A stretch of DNA of 64,000 bases from Octopus bimaculoides (Eukaryota), in the NCBI RefSeq assembly GCF_001194135.2, contig NC_068985.1, positions 72,435,146 to 72,499,145 of the forward strand, given 5' to 3'. The notes beneath the pieces were generated by a model that saw only the letters and a list, made by a program, of their open reading frames with translations, was not told the DNA's origin and did no database searches. Position numbers and translations under genes: made by a program. This document shows positions 1 through 12,200 of the stretch, in pieces (position 1 is the stretch's first letter; each line of letters starts with the position of its first letter).

Positions 1-62
1 GAAAACACGGTCCAACCCATGCTAGCATGAAAAGCGGACGTTAAACGATGATGATGATGATG
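1..62 (+). mobile_element. RTE-LINE 3' end with (GAT)n tail
   Basis: ccaacccatgctagcatg..agcggacgttaaacgatgatgat, the same terminus as the copy at 37775-38763. Confidence 0.8.
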
Positions 63-444
63 ATATGTATAAAGAATAAAAAGTTTTGAATGGTACAACA
101 ATGCACTATAATACAAAAAAAATGGACTATATACCTGTTGTAAATTACAACAGGTATATAGTCCATTTTTTGTATTATAGTGCATTGTTGTACCATTCAA
201 AACTTTTTATCCCTTATAAACAATACACAATGCTTCAAGCGAACTACAATACTCTCCTATATATATATATTCTTTTATTTGTTTCAGTCATTTTAACTGC
301 GGCCATGCTGGAACACCGCCTTAAAATTTTAAAGTTTATTACTACCGATTTTCTAGAGAATTCAAAGTCAACCCTGAAAGTTATGTTTCGTATCCAAATA
401 TGCCAATGTAAACAATACGACTGAAGAAGAAAAAAACAGTGATG

Positions 445-489
445 GGTGAATGTGCATATTTCGAGAGTTATTGCTCTTTCATCAGCACC
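445..489 (-). ncRNA. Penelope-type minimal hammerhead ribozyme-like motif
   Basis: Minus strand: GGTG-CTGATGA-AAGAGCAATAACTCTC-GAAA-TATGCACAT-T-CACC. 4-bp stem I, short stem II, near-palindromic stem III. Confidence 0.45.
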
Positions 490-1813
490 ACACCCAGCTC
501 AACTATCCATGAATGCATTACTTAAATACCTACTAAGTCTAGTGCACTGCTAACACAATATTACCTCGTAAACCTTTAATATACTTGGTAGCATATTATG
601 GTTGTAAAACGAAATATTGTGACCCCGCTAATAATTAATATAAATATACTGATTATTAGGAATGTGTTTGATACATAAATTGGTCTATCTATATGATAGT
701 GTTACGCCGCTAAACTTAGGTACTGCACGTATTACTTGCCCAAACTGCCGCCAAAGTGGGATTGAACCCTGAACCGTTTGGTTGTGAATCGAACTTCTTC
801 AACTATCTCCATTTTTAACAGTCGAATGCACATCAAAGAGAACAATGAAACATTTCTTCAACTTGTCAGAGGCACGGGTTATTTCGAGCTCTGCAACTAT
901 AGATTGCACTTCGTTGCCTGACTGCTTCCTGATACTGAGAGGGTTTCTAAATGTGGTTGCTCGAGAAGCAAAGAAATGGCAGCCAAATCTACCCTACAAT
1001 CTTCAAAACAGTGAAGGACACCTTGGACAGTACACATGAGCCTCTAAGTGATCATTCGAACTGTTAGAGATAGCAGCCAAATCCTCATTAAATCAGTTAC
1101 GTTTCGTTAAAAAAAATTCATCAGAGTGTAGACGTAGAAATCTGTAAGACAAGTTGGTCGCGGCTGGAGTACCTTTGGTGATAAGATAAGAGGTCTGCTT
1201 AATAAGAACCGGTCTGGGGTTAAACGAAACAGTTTACGTGCCAAATATCCGGTTGATCATGGTCGTTATTTAACCCCAGGTCTGTCCTGTTCAAGCTGAC
1301 CTACGATTAACAATATTTCAGCAGTGACTATCTCACTTTTTGGCTGGATATTTTAAACCATATTATCTAACGTACCCCGTTTTGTTAAGACAGTAGTGTA
1401 ATTTAACGGTCATTTGGCCGCTATTTTTAGAAGATTAGACGAATTGGAAAAAATCTCCGTCAAAACGAAGAAAATTCAACCATGGGCGTCGAAACTCCGC
1501 CAAAGTCATTAGCTCGTCTCCTTAAACTAGCACTCCAACGAAATAGCAACCAAACGTCACCTTTCATTACATTTTATTTCTTAACATAAGAAAAGATTAT
1601 AATACACAATGTAATTTATACAAAAAAAAAANNNNNNNNNNNNNNNNNNNNNNNNNNNNNNNNNNNNNNNNNNNNNNNNNNNNNNNNNNNNNCAAACGGA
1701 ACGTCTGCTGGATCAAAGCTACCGGAGACTAAGCATTAGATATGCAGAGAAATAACTTTGAAAAAATACATGAAGGTCGCTGCATCAAACAATTGTCTAT
1801 AATACACGCCCAC

Positions 1814-1857
<44 letters not shown>

Positions 1858-1890
1858 TATATATATATATATAAGGTTTTTGATATAGCT

Positions 1891-1997
1891 GGTCAGAGAG
1901 TGACCATGAATTTCGCACCTATAAGGCGCTTAGCTGTATAGGTGACAATACAGCGAAGCGTCTAATAAGGTACGGAACCAATTGTCACTCTCTAACC
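1891..1997. repeat. ~107-bp imperfect foldback (small MITE-like hairpin); 82-bp identical partial copy at 2288-2369, diverged copy near 9720-9810
   Basis: ggtcagagagtgaccat ... attgtcactctctaacc arms, with inner arms cgcacctataaggcgcttagctgtat / atacagcgaagcgtctaataaggtacg. Confidence 0.6.
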
Positions 1998-2086
1998 GGT
2001 CACAACAAACTACCTTCTAAATATTATTATTCCGTTTTAGAATACGCTTCTTCATATTCATATCTATTTATATATATACACGTCTA

Positions 2087-2125
<39 letters not shown>

Positions 2126-3596
2126 GAGGGTATGGATAAAACGAATGCCATGCAGCATCTGTTGCGGTCCGCTACATTCTGAGTTCAAATCCCATCTGCT
2201 TCAACTTTTTCATTCTTGCAGGGATAGAGAAATAAGGTACTAACACAGGTCAGTGGATCAGAACGTCGAATATACATATATATATATAAGGTTTTTGATA
2301 TAGCTGGTCAGAGAGTGACCATGAATTTCGCACCTATAAGGCGCTTAGCTGTATAGGTGACAATACAGCAGTTTTAGGGAAAAGAACTAAGGTTCATGAA
2401 CTCATCAATAAAAATCCACCGTCACATATATATTTAATATATATTTAATACTGTGAAACTTAATTTAATTTTAATTTTTAATAAATTGATTTTAATTGAG
2501 TTTTTACCTGTAATTTTGGATTTTTATCCCTAATATTATATATATATATATATATATGCGGGTGTGTGTGAATCTACAGAACTCGAATAAAAATAGTGGT
2601 CTGTGTCGGTCTTAATTAAAGTGGATTAAATTGTTATTTTGCAGTGTGGAAGTTATTAAATCTATTTCAGTATCTGATTGAACATCATTTTTATCGAACT
2701 AGCAAGAATGAGAGTCAAAGCTGGTCTGGGTAGGATTTGAATTCAGAATAATACCGCAAGCATTTTGTCTAATAATTTCGTCTGAAATAAGACAATCAGG
2801 AAGAACGCAAGTAACTTTGCTGAAAGGGGAGACAGGGTGAACGAATATGTAGAAAGAGAAAGTTAATATATGAAAGCATAGAGAAAAACAACAAGTAAAG
2901 GAGAAAGAGAAAGTGATGGGAATAAACTAGACTATTTCCATTATGTTACTTACTAACTGTCGTCCTCAAAGAATTAGCAAGAGGTAAGACCCTGGGAAGC
3001 ATTTTTGGTCTCTGGGTGGTTAACTGAAGACACACGAAACACCTTCAATAATTTCTCCGTTCCTTTGACCTTCAGAAAAATCACTTCCGGTCGAGAACCT
3101 GAAAGAAAAAAATTCTTCTCCTGTCCCATTATTGTTTTTTATTTGTCATAAAAATTTTTAGAATTATTATTTCCTCACATGAAAAATATATTTGGATTTA
3201 GTTTAATAATACATTTTTTTTTTATGTATGAATACATGTATTTGCATGTCTGTGTATCGTTTCGTACAGTAGAAATATTAAACAAACTTAAATATCAAAG
3301 AAGCTATTTTTAATTTCTTTTTAATTGTTGGTGCTTCGAAAATTTAAAAACGCCTCAATATCAATCAATTATAAATCGTTTTCATCGATGATTTTTTATA
3401 AATTTATTAGCCATTGATTATTAGGAACTGCATTTAGCCCTTATCAGTCACGTGATATTTTAATCTGTCACAAAGGCCAAGCAGACGTCAACAAGGATAT
3501 TGACATTTCAATTTTCTGATTATGGTAAACAAATCAATCAAACTTATCATAGTCGCATGTTATATAACAATGATTTCTTTTATTTACCACCAGGGC

Positions 3597-3638
<42 letters not shown>
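3597..3638. repeat. (AAT)n microsatellite; the window also has many (TA)n, (CA)n and (CAT)n tracts
   Basis: Direct inspection. Confidence 0.95.
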
Positions 3639-3640
<2 letters not shown>

Positions 3641-4772
3641 CACCCAAGGTTGCAAAAGCAACGAAAATTTTGGAAAGAAATAATATAAATAATAAATGAT
3701 TGGAAATTAAACCGGTGAGTGTGTTGGATATTAAAGGCAGTATGGACCAGGCGTGGTCCCAAGAATTTTTCGAAAGGATAGCACAAGGTCAGAAGAGAAT
3801 GCAATTCCAGGAGAAAAGGGCGTAATAACATTATTTAGATGGGCACACTTCTTTTCTTGAGCGGGGCACGTGTCCCTCAGGTCTCCACCCGTTTGGGTCT
3901 GCTCCTGATGACTTACCCCAGATAATACACACACACACACATATATATGTGTGTGTGTGTAGAATAATGATATTAGGGATAAAAATCCAAATTTACAGGT
4001 AAAAACTCAATTAAATTCAATTTATTAAAAATTAAAATTAAATCAAGTTTCACAGTATTAAATATAAATATATAGTTTTAGAGAAAAAACCCCATAGTTT
4101 ATGAACTAATCCATGAAAATCCAGTCACATAGAAAAATTAATAAGTAAATGCACGATAAATAAGTATAATATAATACAAAGTATTATCATAATCTTATGA
4201 TATTTACTTTGTATCATATTATNNNNNNNNNNNNNNNNNNNNNNNNNNNNNNNNNNNNNNNNNNNNNNNNNNNNNNNNNNNNNNNNNNNNNNNNNNNNNN
4301 NNNNNNNNNNNNNNNNNNNNNNNNNNNNNNNNNNNNNNNNNNNNNNNNNNNNNNNNNNNNNNNNNNNNNNNNNNNNNNNNNNNNNNNNNNNNNNNNNNNN
4401 NNNNNNNNNNNNNNNNNNNNNNNNNNNNNNNNNNNNNNNNNNNNNNNNNNNNNNNNNNNNNNNNNNNNNNNNNNNNNNNNNNNNNNNNNNNNNNNNNNNN
4501 NNNNNNNNNNNNNNNNNNNNNNNNNNNNNNNNNNNNNNNNNNNNNNNNNNNNNNNNNNNNNNNNNNNNNNNNNNNNNNNNNNNNNNNNNNNNNNNNNNNN
4601 NNNNNNNNNNNNNNNNNNNNNNNNNNNNNNNNNNNNNNNNNNNNNNNNNNNNNNNNNNNNNNNNNNNNNNNNNNNNNNNNNNTATATACGTTATACACAC
4701 ACATGTGTATATATATACGTTACATATCTACAGGTGTAGATGTGTTTGTCAGACATGGGGTGTATTTGTGTG

Positions 4773-4813
<41 letters not shown>

Positions 4814-5184
4814 CTCATTTGTATATTCAAGTTTTGCGGTGATGGTGAATGTTTTATGGTTTATGACTTCTTTGCGTATGTGTATTTATTTGTATTTACG
4901 TCTATGCACATGCATGTGCACACAGACTACGTTTTTGTATATCCGCGTATGTATGAGTATATAGGGATGTGTATATGAGCATCTTAATGCGTGCGTTTTT
5001 ACGTCTGTGTTTTTATTTGAATATACGTTTTCCGCGTATGTATATGCATATATGTATAAACCACGTTTTGTATATCCGCGTATGTGTGTGTGTGTGTGTG
5101 CGTGTAGAGATGTATATATGAGCGTAGTGATGCGTGCATGAGTATATTTGCGTGTGTATGTGCGTGTATACGTAGACATTCTTA

Positions 5185-5386
5185 ATTCTTTTATTCTTTT
5201 TGTTCTTTTACTTGTTTCAGTCATTTGACTCCGGCCATTCTGGAGCACCGCCTTTAGTCGAGCAAATCGACCCCAGGACTCATTCTTTGTAAGCTTAGTA
5301 CTTATTCTATCGACATCTTTTGCCGAACCGCTAAGTTATGGGGACGTAAACACACCAGCATCAGTTGTCAAGCGATATTGAGGGGA

Positions 5387-5422
<36 letters not shown>

Positions 5423-5527
5423 CATATATACGACGGGCTTCTTTCAGTTTCCGTCTACCAAATCCACTCACAAGGCTTTGGTCAGCCCGAGGCTATTGTA
5501 GAAGACACTTGCCCAAGGTGCCACGCA
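5185..5527 (-). mobile_element. tRNA-derived CORE-like SINE, family A (internal CA/TA microsatellite), 5'-truncated
   Basis: Reverse complement matches the full copy at 33560-33957. Confidence 0.85.
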
Positions 5528-5713
5528 TATATATGTGTTTGTATGTAATATGTACACGCATGTGAGTATGTATATAGATATATATGCATGTGTGTGTGCG
5601 TACATGTCTGTGCGTGTATATGTGTGCATATGCGGATTCTATGAATGAAGTATTACTTTGATCATGCCTATTAGAGTAATTTCCCTTTATTTAACGTTTT
5701 TTTTTATAGCGTT

Positions 5714-5788
5714 TTGTCTTAATAACTGATGAGATACCGGAGCGGACTTCATTTCCCGCATCCGAAACTCTGAATTTTAGTATGACAA
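5714..5788 (+). ncRNA. Type I hammerhead ribozyme-like motif (Penelope/retrozyme type)
   Basis: CTGATGA at 5726-5732; GC-rich stem II (GGAGCGG/CCGCATCC); CGAAAC at 5763-5768; near-palindromic stem III ACTC-T-GAAT; stem I TTGTCTTAATAA/TTAGTATGACAA with 10 of 12 pairs. Confidence 0.6.
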
Positions 5789-6104
5789 CCAACTAATTGT
5801 CACATATATCTATAGATAAATTCCTCTATTTTACGTAATATCGAGGTCTCATTCATTCTTTTGTTGTTATATTATTATTATCTACACATAAATTTGACAT
5901 GGGCGATTCTTTCTTGTCTTGGGATTCAGGTCAAACGGCTAGGTGGAATTGCGCGAAAAATTACACAGATGTGTAGAATGATCCAGTGGTGATGCTGGGC
6001 TTTGTATTTTTTATGATTACCAAGCTAATCTACTATAATAATATTCTTGTGTTTATGAATGAGAAAGGAAGGGGTGATGTCATATTTTTTCACAGCTCCC
6101 ATGC

Positions 6105-6509
6105 GTCGTGGAGACAGCCCTAATGGAGACCAATGAGAGGGGCAGCAGCACCACCAGCAATAAGGATAAAGAAGATGATTTGTTTATCAGCATCAATCGG
6201 TTCCGAGAGAGCACGAGTCACAGGTCACTGAAATCCAAGGCGTAGAACTTAAAGACCTGGCTGGAGGCCATCTCGAAGGAGGTCCTGACTGAAGATGCAT
6301 TTTTGGGTGAGCAGGTCTTGAGCGACCGGTTCACCAAGTATAACACCTCCATTCCATCCAGTGCTGCAGTTGAGCGCCATTTCTCTATAGGTAAAGATAT
6401 TTTGAGGGACAAGAGAGCCACCCTCTCAGATGGTAACTTTGAGAGGCTGATGTTTATGAAGAGCAACCAGCATCACGTCGAGGAGATTGAGAAGGCCCAA
6501 CCAGAGTAG
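6105..6509 (+). mobile_element. hAT transposase C-terminal (dimerisation domain) remnant, one in-frame TAG
   Basis: KYNTSIPSSAAVERHFSIGKDILRDKRATLSDGNFERLMFMKSN matches the hAT P.SS...ER.FS motif. Confidence 0.85.
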
Positions 6510-6935
6510 CACACCTTGATCATCATCATCTGATCTTGGTATGATACCTATGCTATACTATATCTTTTTGATTTGTGTAATTCTTTTTAGTACCGTATTA
6601 TTTATTGTATGATGACTGAAAAATTAATGTTTAATTTCATTTGTTCATTTATTTGCGTACACCTTGATTATCATCTGATCTTGGCATGCTATATTTGTTT
6701 TGGAAAACTGTATGTCTAAGTTTCAGCTCTCTAGGTCTACTTATAAGGGCTTTAGAGCCAAAAAAACTAAACCGAAACTAAATTCATACGATAAAAGTTG
6801 GCGGTTATCAGTTAGCGTATATATATAGCACAAGGCATGAGGATGCGGAAAAGCATCGACCTGTTTAGAAATAGGAGCTAAACTCTTAATAAACCGCCAG
6901 AAGGCCCCAATGAGTGACTATATTTTAAAATATTT

Positions 6936-7376
6936 TTAGATACTGACAACGGTAAGAAACCTACCTTTTGTCAGTTTAATACGGCATGACATGATCCGCT
7001 CAGATATACCACTTGGAAGTTGTGCAATGGAGGATACTAATGTATTCTTGAGAACAAACCCAACACCAGATGCTCTACGCTGACCTTTAGGTAAGTCTCT
7101 CCAAAAGATAGTATATCCATAAGTAGGTTCATCTACTTGATCCTCACCAGAGAGACGAGTTTCAGGGAGCGCAAGGGGATATTTATTGAGCTCACATGCA
7201 ATAAGTGCAGCCCACCTTTCTGGCCTCTTGTTGAATTTATCATCAAGTGTACGCACATTCCAACAACCGAAATTCAAAGGATGTTTATTTTTACTTTTTC
7301 TTGAAGATTGTTTGACCACAGTGGCAGGATGACGACCGGGTCCGGCCTTGATACATTGGAACACATACCGAGCCAA
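6936..7376 (-). mobile_element. RTE-clade LINE, N-terminal AP endonuclease fragment
   Basis: GCWNVRTL...RPER.AALIA.EL..Y..ALPETRL...GYTIFW...GVGF..K...ISERIM..RI, typical of RTE/BovB APE. Confidence 0.9.
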
Positions 7377-8879
7377 ACCTGTTCCCCTGACGTTCCCAAG
7401 CTTTTTTTAAATTTTTTTTTTACCATTTACTGAATCTGTTTGAGACATTTTAGAGTAAGTTACAAGTGCATTTTTAGGTTTCTGCCAACCAACCAATTCA
7501 ATGGTTTTACTAAGATTTGGAGTACAAGAAGTACCTGTGCAGAGGAATAATTTTCAGTGGGTGTAGCTTGCACTGCACTATCTCCACCTATTGGACTAAG
7601 AAGACTTTCGCCAATGTGACATGAAAATTGACAAAATCAGGAACTTCCAAGACCTCAGCTTTTATTTCGGAGATTTCATTCTCCTAGGTAGATTACCAAC
7701 CAAGGTTAAAGAGCTTCTACCTGCCCATGAGGTAAGCTATCCCATTCCAGACACCAAACCGACACTCTATAAAGTGATCAAATATCACTCCGGTGACCGA
7801 CGCGGAGTAGCTCATTCATAAAATAAAAAATGTATATATATACGTATATGTATATGTAATATCGGTACTTTTGGTTATCACCTTCAACTAAAAAAAAATG
7901 TTTAACCCTCAATAAAACAAAAAAAAGGAAAAATTAATAAACATAAAAAGAGAAAAGATGAAATGTCGTTTTGAATCTGATAATAATTTTATAACAAACC
8001 ATACCATGCCTATTGAAGAGATTAAACGTCAACAATGTGTTGAAGTATTGAATCAAAAGGATCTCTTTTAATCCAATCTCATGCCACATTAACCCGATTT
8101 TTTAGTGGGGAGATTACCCAATTTTTTAATGGCAATTTTTTAATGGGGGTGAGATAACCAAAAAGTACCATGAACTGAACACATTTAGAAGCTACCGCTG
8201 TTTGGTGCAATGATATGAGACAATGACCCATTAGCATCAACTGTTACTGTAATCTAATTTTCCTGGCTTTAAGAACGTTGGTGAAAGCAATGGAAACGAT
8301 CGGAATGTCTCTGTACAACAATCTATTTATGTATTTCTTCGTTCAGCCGAATGAACAAATCAAGGGAGATGACTCTTTAAAATGGATATTTACTCGCTAT
8401 GTCATTTACAAAACATTTCTATTATTGCGAATATTTTCAATAATATATGTATTTATGTTTAACCTATAAATTTAAAAGAAAAGTAGCTTTTAAAAGTGAT
8501 TTATTACATTGCTAATATATATAGTTTCTTAATTAATTAAGATTTAATTAGCATATATACGATGCAATAATTACATGCCTTAAGTTCTGATTTTGTCTTA
8601 ACAGATCTTTTAAGAAGTTCCTAAACGGGGAAAATGTTCTTGTCCTCCTAAATCTCACTTAAACTGAGACAAAGCAGAAATGTCTAGTGGTCTCTTAATT
8701 TGCTAGAAATAACAACTAAATCTCTTTCAACTCACACCCTAGTTTTTAAAATAGAAGAGGACATTGGATATCATCATCCTAGAAATACAAAAAGGCGTCA
8801 TGGACATGACTAGAAGGTTTTTCATAAAAGGCCAGTTCGATGAAAGCTGACCAGGCTTGAACGACCGCACCCATGATTT

Positions 8880-9200
8880 TGCTCATGGATATTAATTAGC
8901 ATTAGTTTCGCCTGCTAGAGTTTAGAGTTACTTCCCTTCCATCCAGTGGTGACTAAACGATTCAGTACAACTTCTTGAAGAGAGAAACTTTAGAGAAGTG
9001 TTTTGTTGTTTACATGGATCGTTTCGAGTGGAGCGACGGCCAGCTGGCTGAAGATGAAGTATTCGTCTTCCAAAGAAGTGGAGTAGCATTATATGATGGT
9101 CAAGAGAAGGCACGTAATTTCTATTTTTATTCAATATTTATGCCTATGTAATCGCCTTTTCCCCCGCCTTTCTCGTTTGTAATACGTCTTCCGCAGAAAT
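8880..9200 (+). promoter_or_regulatory. Probable VPS36 promoter / first-exon region
   Basis: Non-repetitive, locally CpG-richer sequence around the ATG. TSS not identifiable from sequence alone. Confidence 0.35.
9014..9109 (+). CDS. VPS36: VPS36 exon 1 ([32 protein letters not shown])
   Basis: ATG at 9014. Ends AAG|GCACGT (GC donor, required for frame with exon 2). Confidence 0.93.
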
Positions 9201-12200
9201 AAACTTACTTTTAGATACTGTACATGTCAGACAAAAGATTAGGCTGAGCTCTTTTATGTTTTTGTACCACAAATAGACGTATTTTACGTACAGCTTTCAC
9301 TGCAGATATTTCCTTGGTTGATTTTCGACTACAGATCATAAAAAATTCGTCACCTTCCGATAGTTGCAAGATGTAAACATTAACCGTTTCGTTTCCTTCA
9401 GCTGTGTCAGACAGTATAGATGTTACAAGATGTTAAGATTCTATTGACATTTATCGCTGTATACTTCCCCACCAACTTCCTGTTACCCACAAAACCTCTA
9501 CACCAAGCTAGAGTTGGGGAGCTTCAGCCATCAATTACCCTTTGTATCTGTCATGAGGGAGGTTGTCTGGGTGAATGATACCGAAGAGTTGCCTATATAT
9601 AAGACTTTCTCACTTTCTTGAGCGCCAAACTAATACACCTGGCTTTTGTTTTCTTGTAAATTTCAACTACACACACACACACACATATATATATATGCGC
9701 ACGCACATTTCGATGGTTGATAGTTATGGCCGGTCAGACAGTGACCATTGCTTTCGTACCTATACAGCGCTTACAGGCGATTCGTCAGACTCAAATGGAA
9801 GCCGCTTACTGTGGTCACTTTTGGGAGAACATTTTAGATAGTAATAATTGGCTGATAACTATCAATATCCTGGGCATGTTTCCCACCCACTCGTCTTGGT
9901 AACAATAACCGTTTGATTGTGTTGTTTGTGATAATTATATACGGCTTATACTGTTATGCACTTTACACCAGCAGGGGTCGTCCGGTAGAGACTATTTAGA
10001 CAATTATTGTGTTAAGGCTTTAATTGTACGTCTACTAAACGATGACAACTTTTGCTAGATATGAATAACTTTTCACGGGAGCTTCTATGTAATCGTTTGA
10101 CGTGTTAGAACTGTCAAAATTTCAACCAAATTATATCTTACCATCTTTAGAAAAGATGACAAATTCAATAGTGTTAACCCTAAAAGAATATCGTGATGGT
10201 TGCGGCTGAAAAACTTGACCAAGGCTAGCCCGAACTGAATAATAACACCGCTTTGATCAACGTGCTTGAGATAGCTACAACCAAGGATATATTGAATTGT
10301 TCTCCAAGAGACATGTCTCGGAGTGGGGTGGGGGGAAATCCTGAAGTTTTTTTTACTCAAACGCTATCTAATAAAACAAAGTTAGTGTTAGTATAATTAA
10401 TATAGTGAGCATTAAATATTTAATTAGAAATATGGATCTTTTTTAAAACGGGGGCCACACTTTTCATTAACGAAACACTTTGAAACTTGGAACACTGGTA
10501 GAATGTGTCATATAAAACATCTTTTTCTCTTAGTCTTCTTTAAAAAAAAAGAAATCCATAAGTTATTCCATGTTAAAGTTGTATTTCTGTAATTTCAACC
10601 AATCACTGACGTCCATTCAGCCGATATACATTAAGTGCCGACTACATAAACAAACGATTCTGAAACAATTAACCCTAGCCCTAACGCTAGGGGTTAGGGT
10701 TAAAGCAAATTTAAAATGAAAAAAGCAAATAAAACGAAGGTATGGAGATTAAATACGCTTTACATCGCTTAATCAGCCAAAGGAGTAAATGTAAACAACT
10801 GAATACTTGTCAGTGATTGGTTGAAATTATCGAAATAAGACAATTTTTTACATGAAATAAATTCGAATACAAAAATATTTTTCTGTTCTATAACACAAAA
10901 TAGATAAGTATACGAAGTTTGAAAGTCTTTCCGTACCAAAAACACTACGTAAAACATTAATGAAAAATGTGGCCCCCGTTTTAAAATAGATCCAGAAATA
11001 TTTATATACCGAAGAAAAGAAGAAAATATTTATATAGCTCAATATATATATATTGAATACTGTTTTCTTGTACATTCAAAAATATGTGTATGTGTGCATA
11101 AACGTATGTATATATGAGAGAAAGAGAGAGACTGAATTCATGTCTAGCACAATTCAATATGTGTAGTAGAGTTTACTTCCTTTCGGAGTGTTTTTTTTTA
11201 ATACCAGTAAAATATTACGACTCTTATTAAGATGATACTCATTATTTAGTCCCAACTCCAATACCAAGCCTGATTGAGCAAATCGGGATTAAAAACATTC
11301 CTGTTGAACAAACCTATAATCATAACAATCCTTTGTTTTTGTATATCTATGTTGTGCATTGTTCTTTTTTTTTTGTTGTTTGATTTTGTTGTTTGCTGTG
11401 ATTTAAGGGAGATTTGTCTGCTCTTTCTAGCAGGTTGAGTGCCCTCATAGAGGATCCTTCATTGGGTGCTTTATGACTAAGTTTCATGTTGAAGTAACAT
11501 TTCTGTATGACAGTATTATTGTCTGTTACAGAAACTCTTTGATATGTTAACATGGCAAAAGAACTCCTTCACAGAGTACATGACTATACAGTGTTTGTAA
11601 TATTCTTTTCTGTTTTATTCTAGACTCCTTTTGAAAGTGGAACTTTGATGTTAACAACTCACAGATTAATTTGGAGAGGTGCTCAGAACAATGTATGTTT
11701 TCCAATGGCTATTTATTTCTTACATGTGCACGCACACATATGCATAATCTCCTTTTCCATCTCTCATACTTGCAAACATCATCATCATCGTCGTTTAACG
11801 TCCGCTTTCCATGCTAGCATGGGTTCGATGATATGATTGAGGACTGGTGAAACCAGATGGCTACACCAGGCTCCAATCTGATTTGGCAGAGTTTCTACAG
11901 CTGGATGCCCTTCCTAACGCCAACCACACCGAAAGTGTAGTAGGTGCTTTTGCGTGCCACCGGCACGAAGGCCAGTCAGGCGGTACTGGCAACGGCCACG
12001 CTCAAAATGGTGTATTTTACGTGCCACCTGCACAGGAGCCAGTTTGGCGGCACTGGCAACGATCTCGCTCGAATGTCTTTACACGTGCCATCTGGCACAA
12101 GTGCCAGGAAGGCGATGCTGGGCACAGGTGCCATTGACGGTTTCGCTTTCGCTTGCCCCAATAAGTCTTCGCAAGCCGAGTTTCATTTCAAAGAACTTGG

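Noticed and set aside
86-424. 112-aa ORF at the window start
   Set aside because: Built from AT-rich sequence and a SINE family A tail fragment; no coding signature.
1095-1125. Minus-strand CTGATGA...GAAAC near 1100-1125
   Set aside because: The intervening poly-T cannot form stem II and no stem I is present.
4125-4739. Long ORFs of mostly X in the track (also near 22026, 37864, 57333, 60825 and 62285)
   Set aside because: They are open only because they cross N gaps.
8227-8469. Possible exon of a divergently transcribed gene upstream of VPS36
   Set aside because: Weak splice signals and no coherent frame on either strand.
10669-10703. CCCTAA/TTAGGG repeats as a chromosome-fusion scar
   Set aside because: Only about two units per arm, and the same motif is carried in both MITE copies, so it travels with the transposon.
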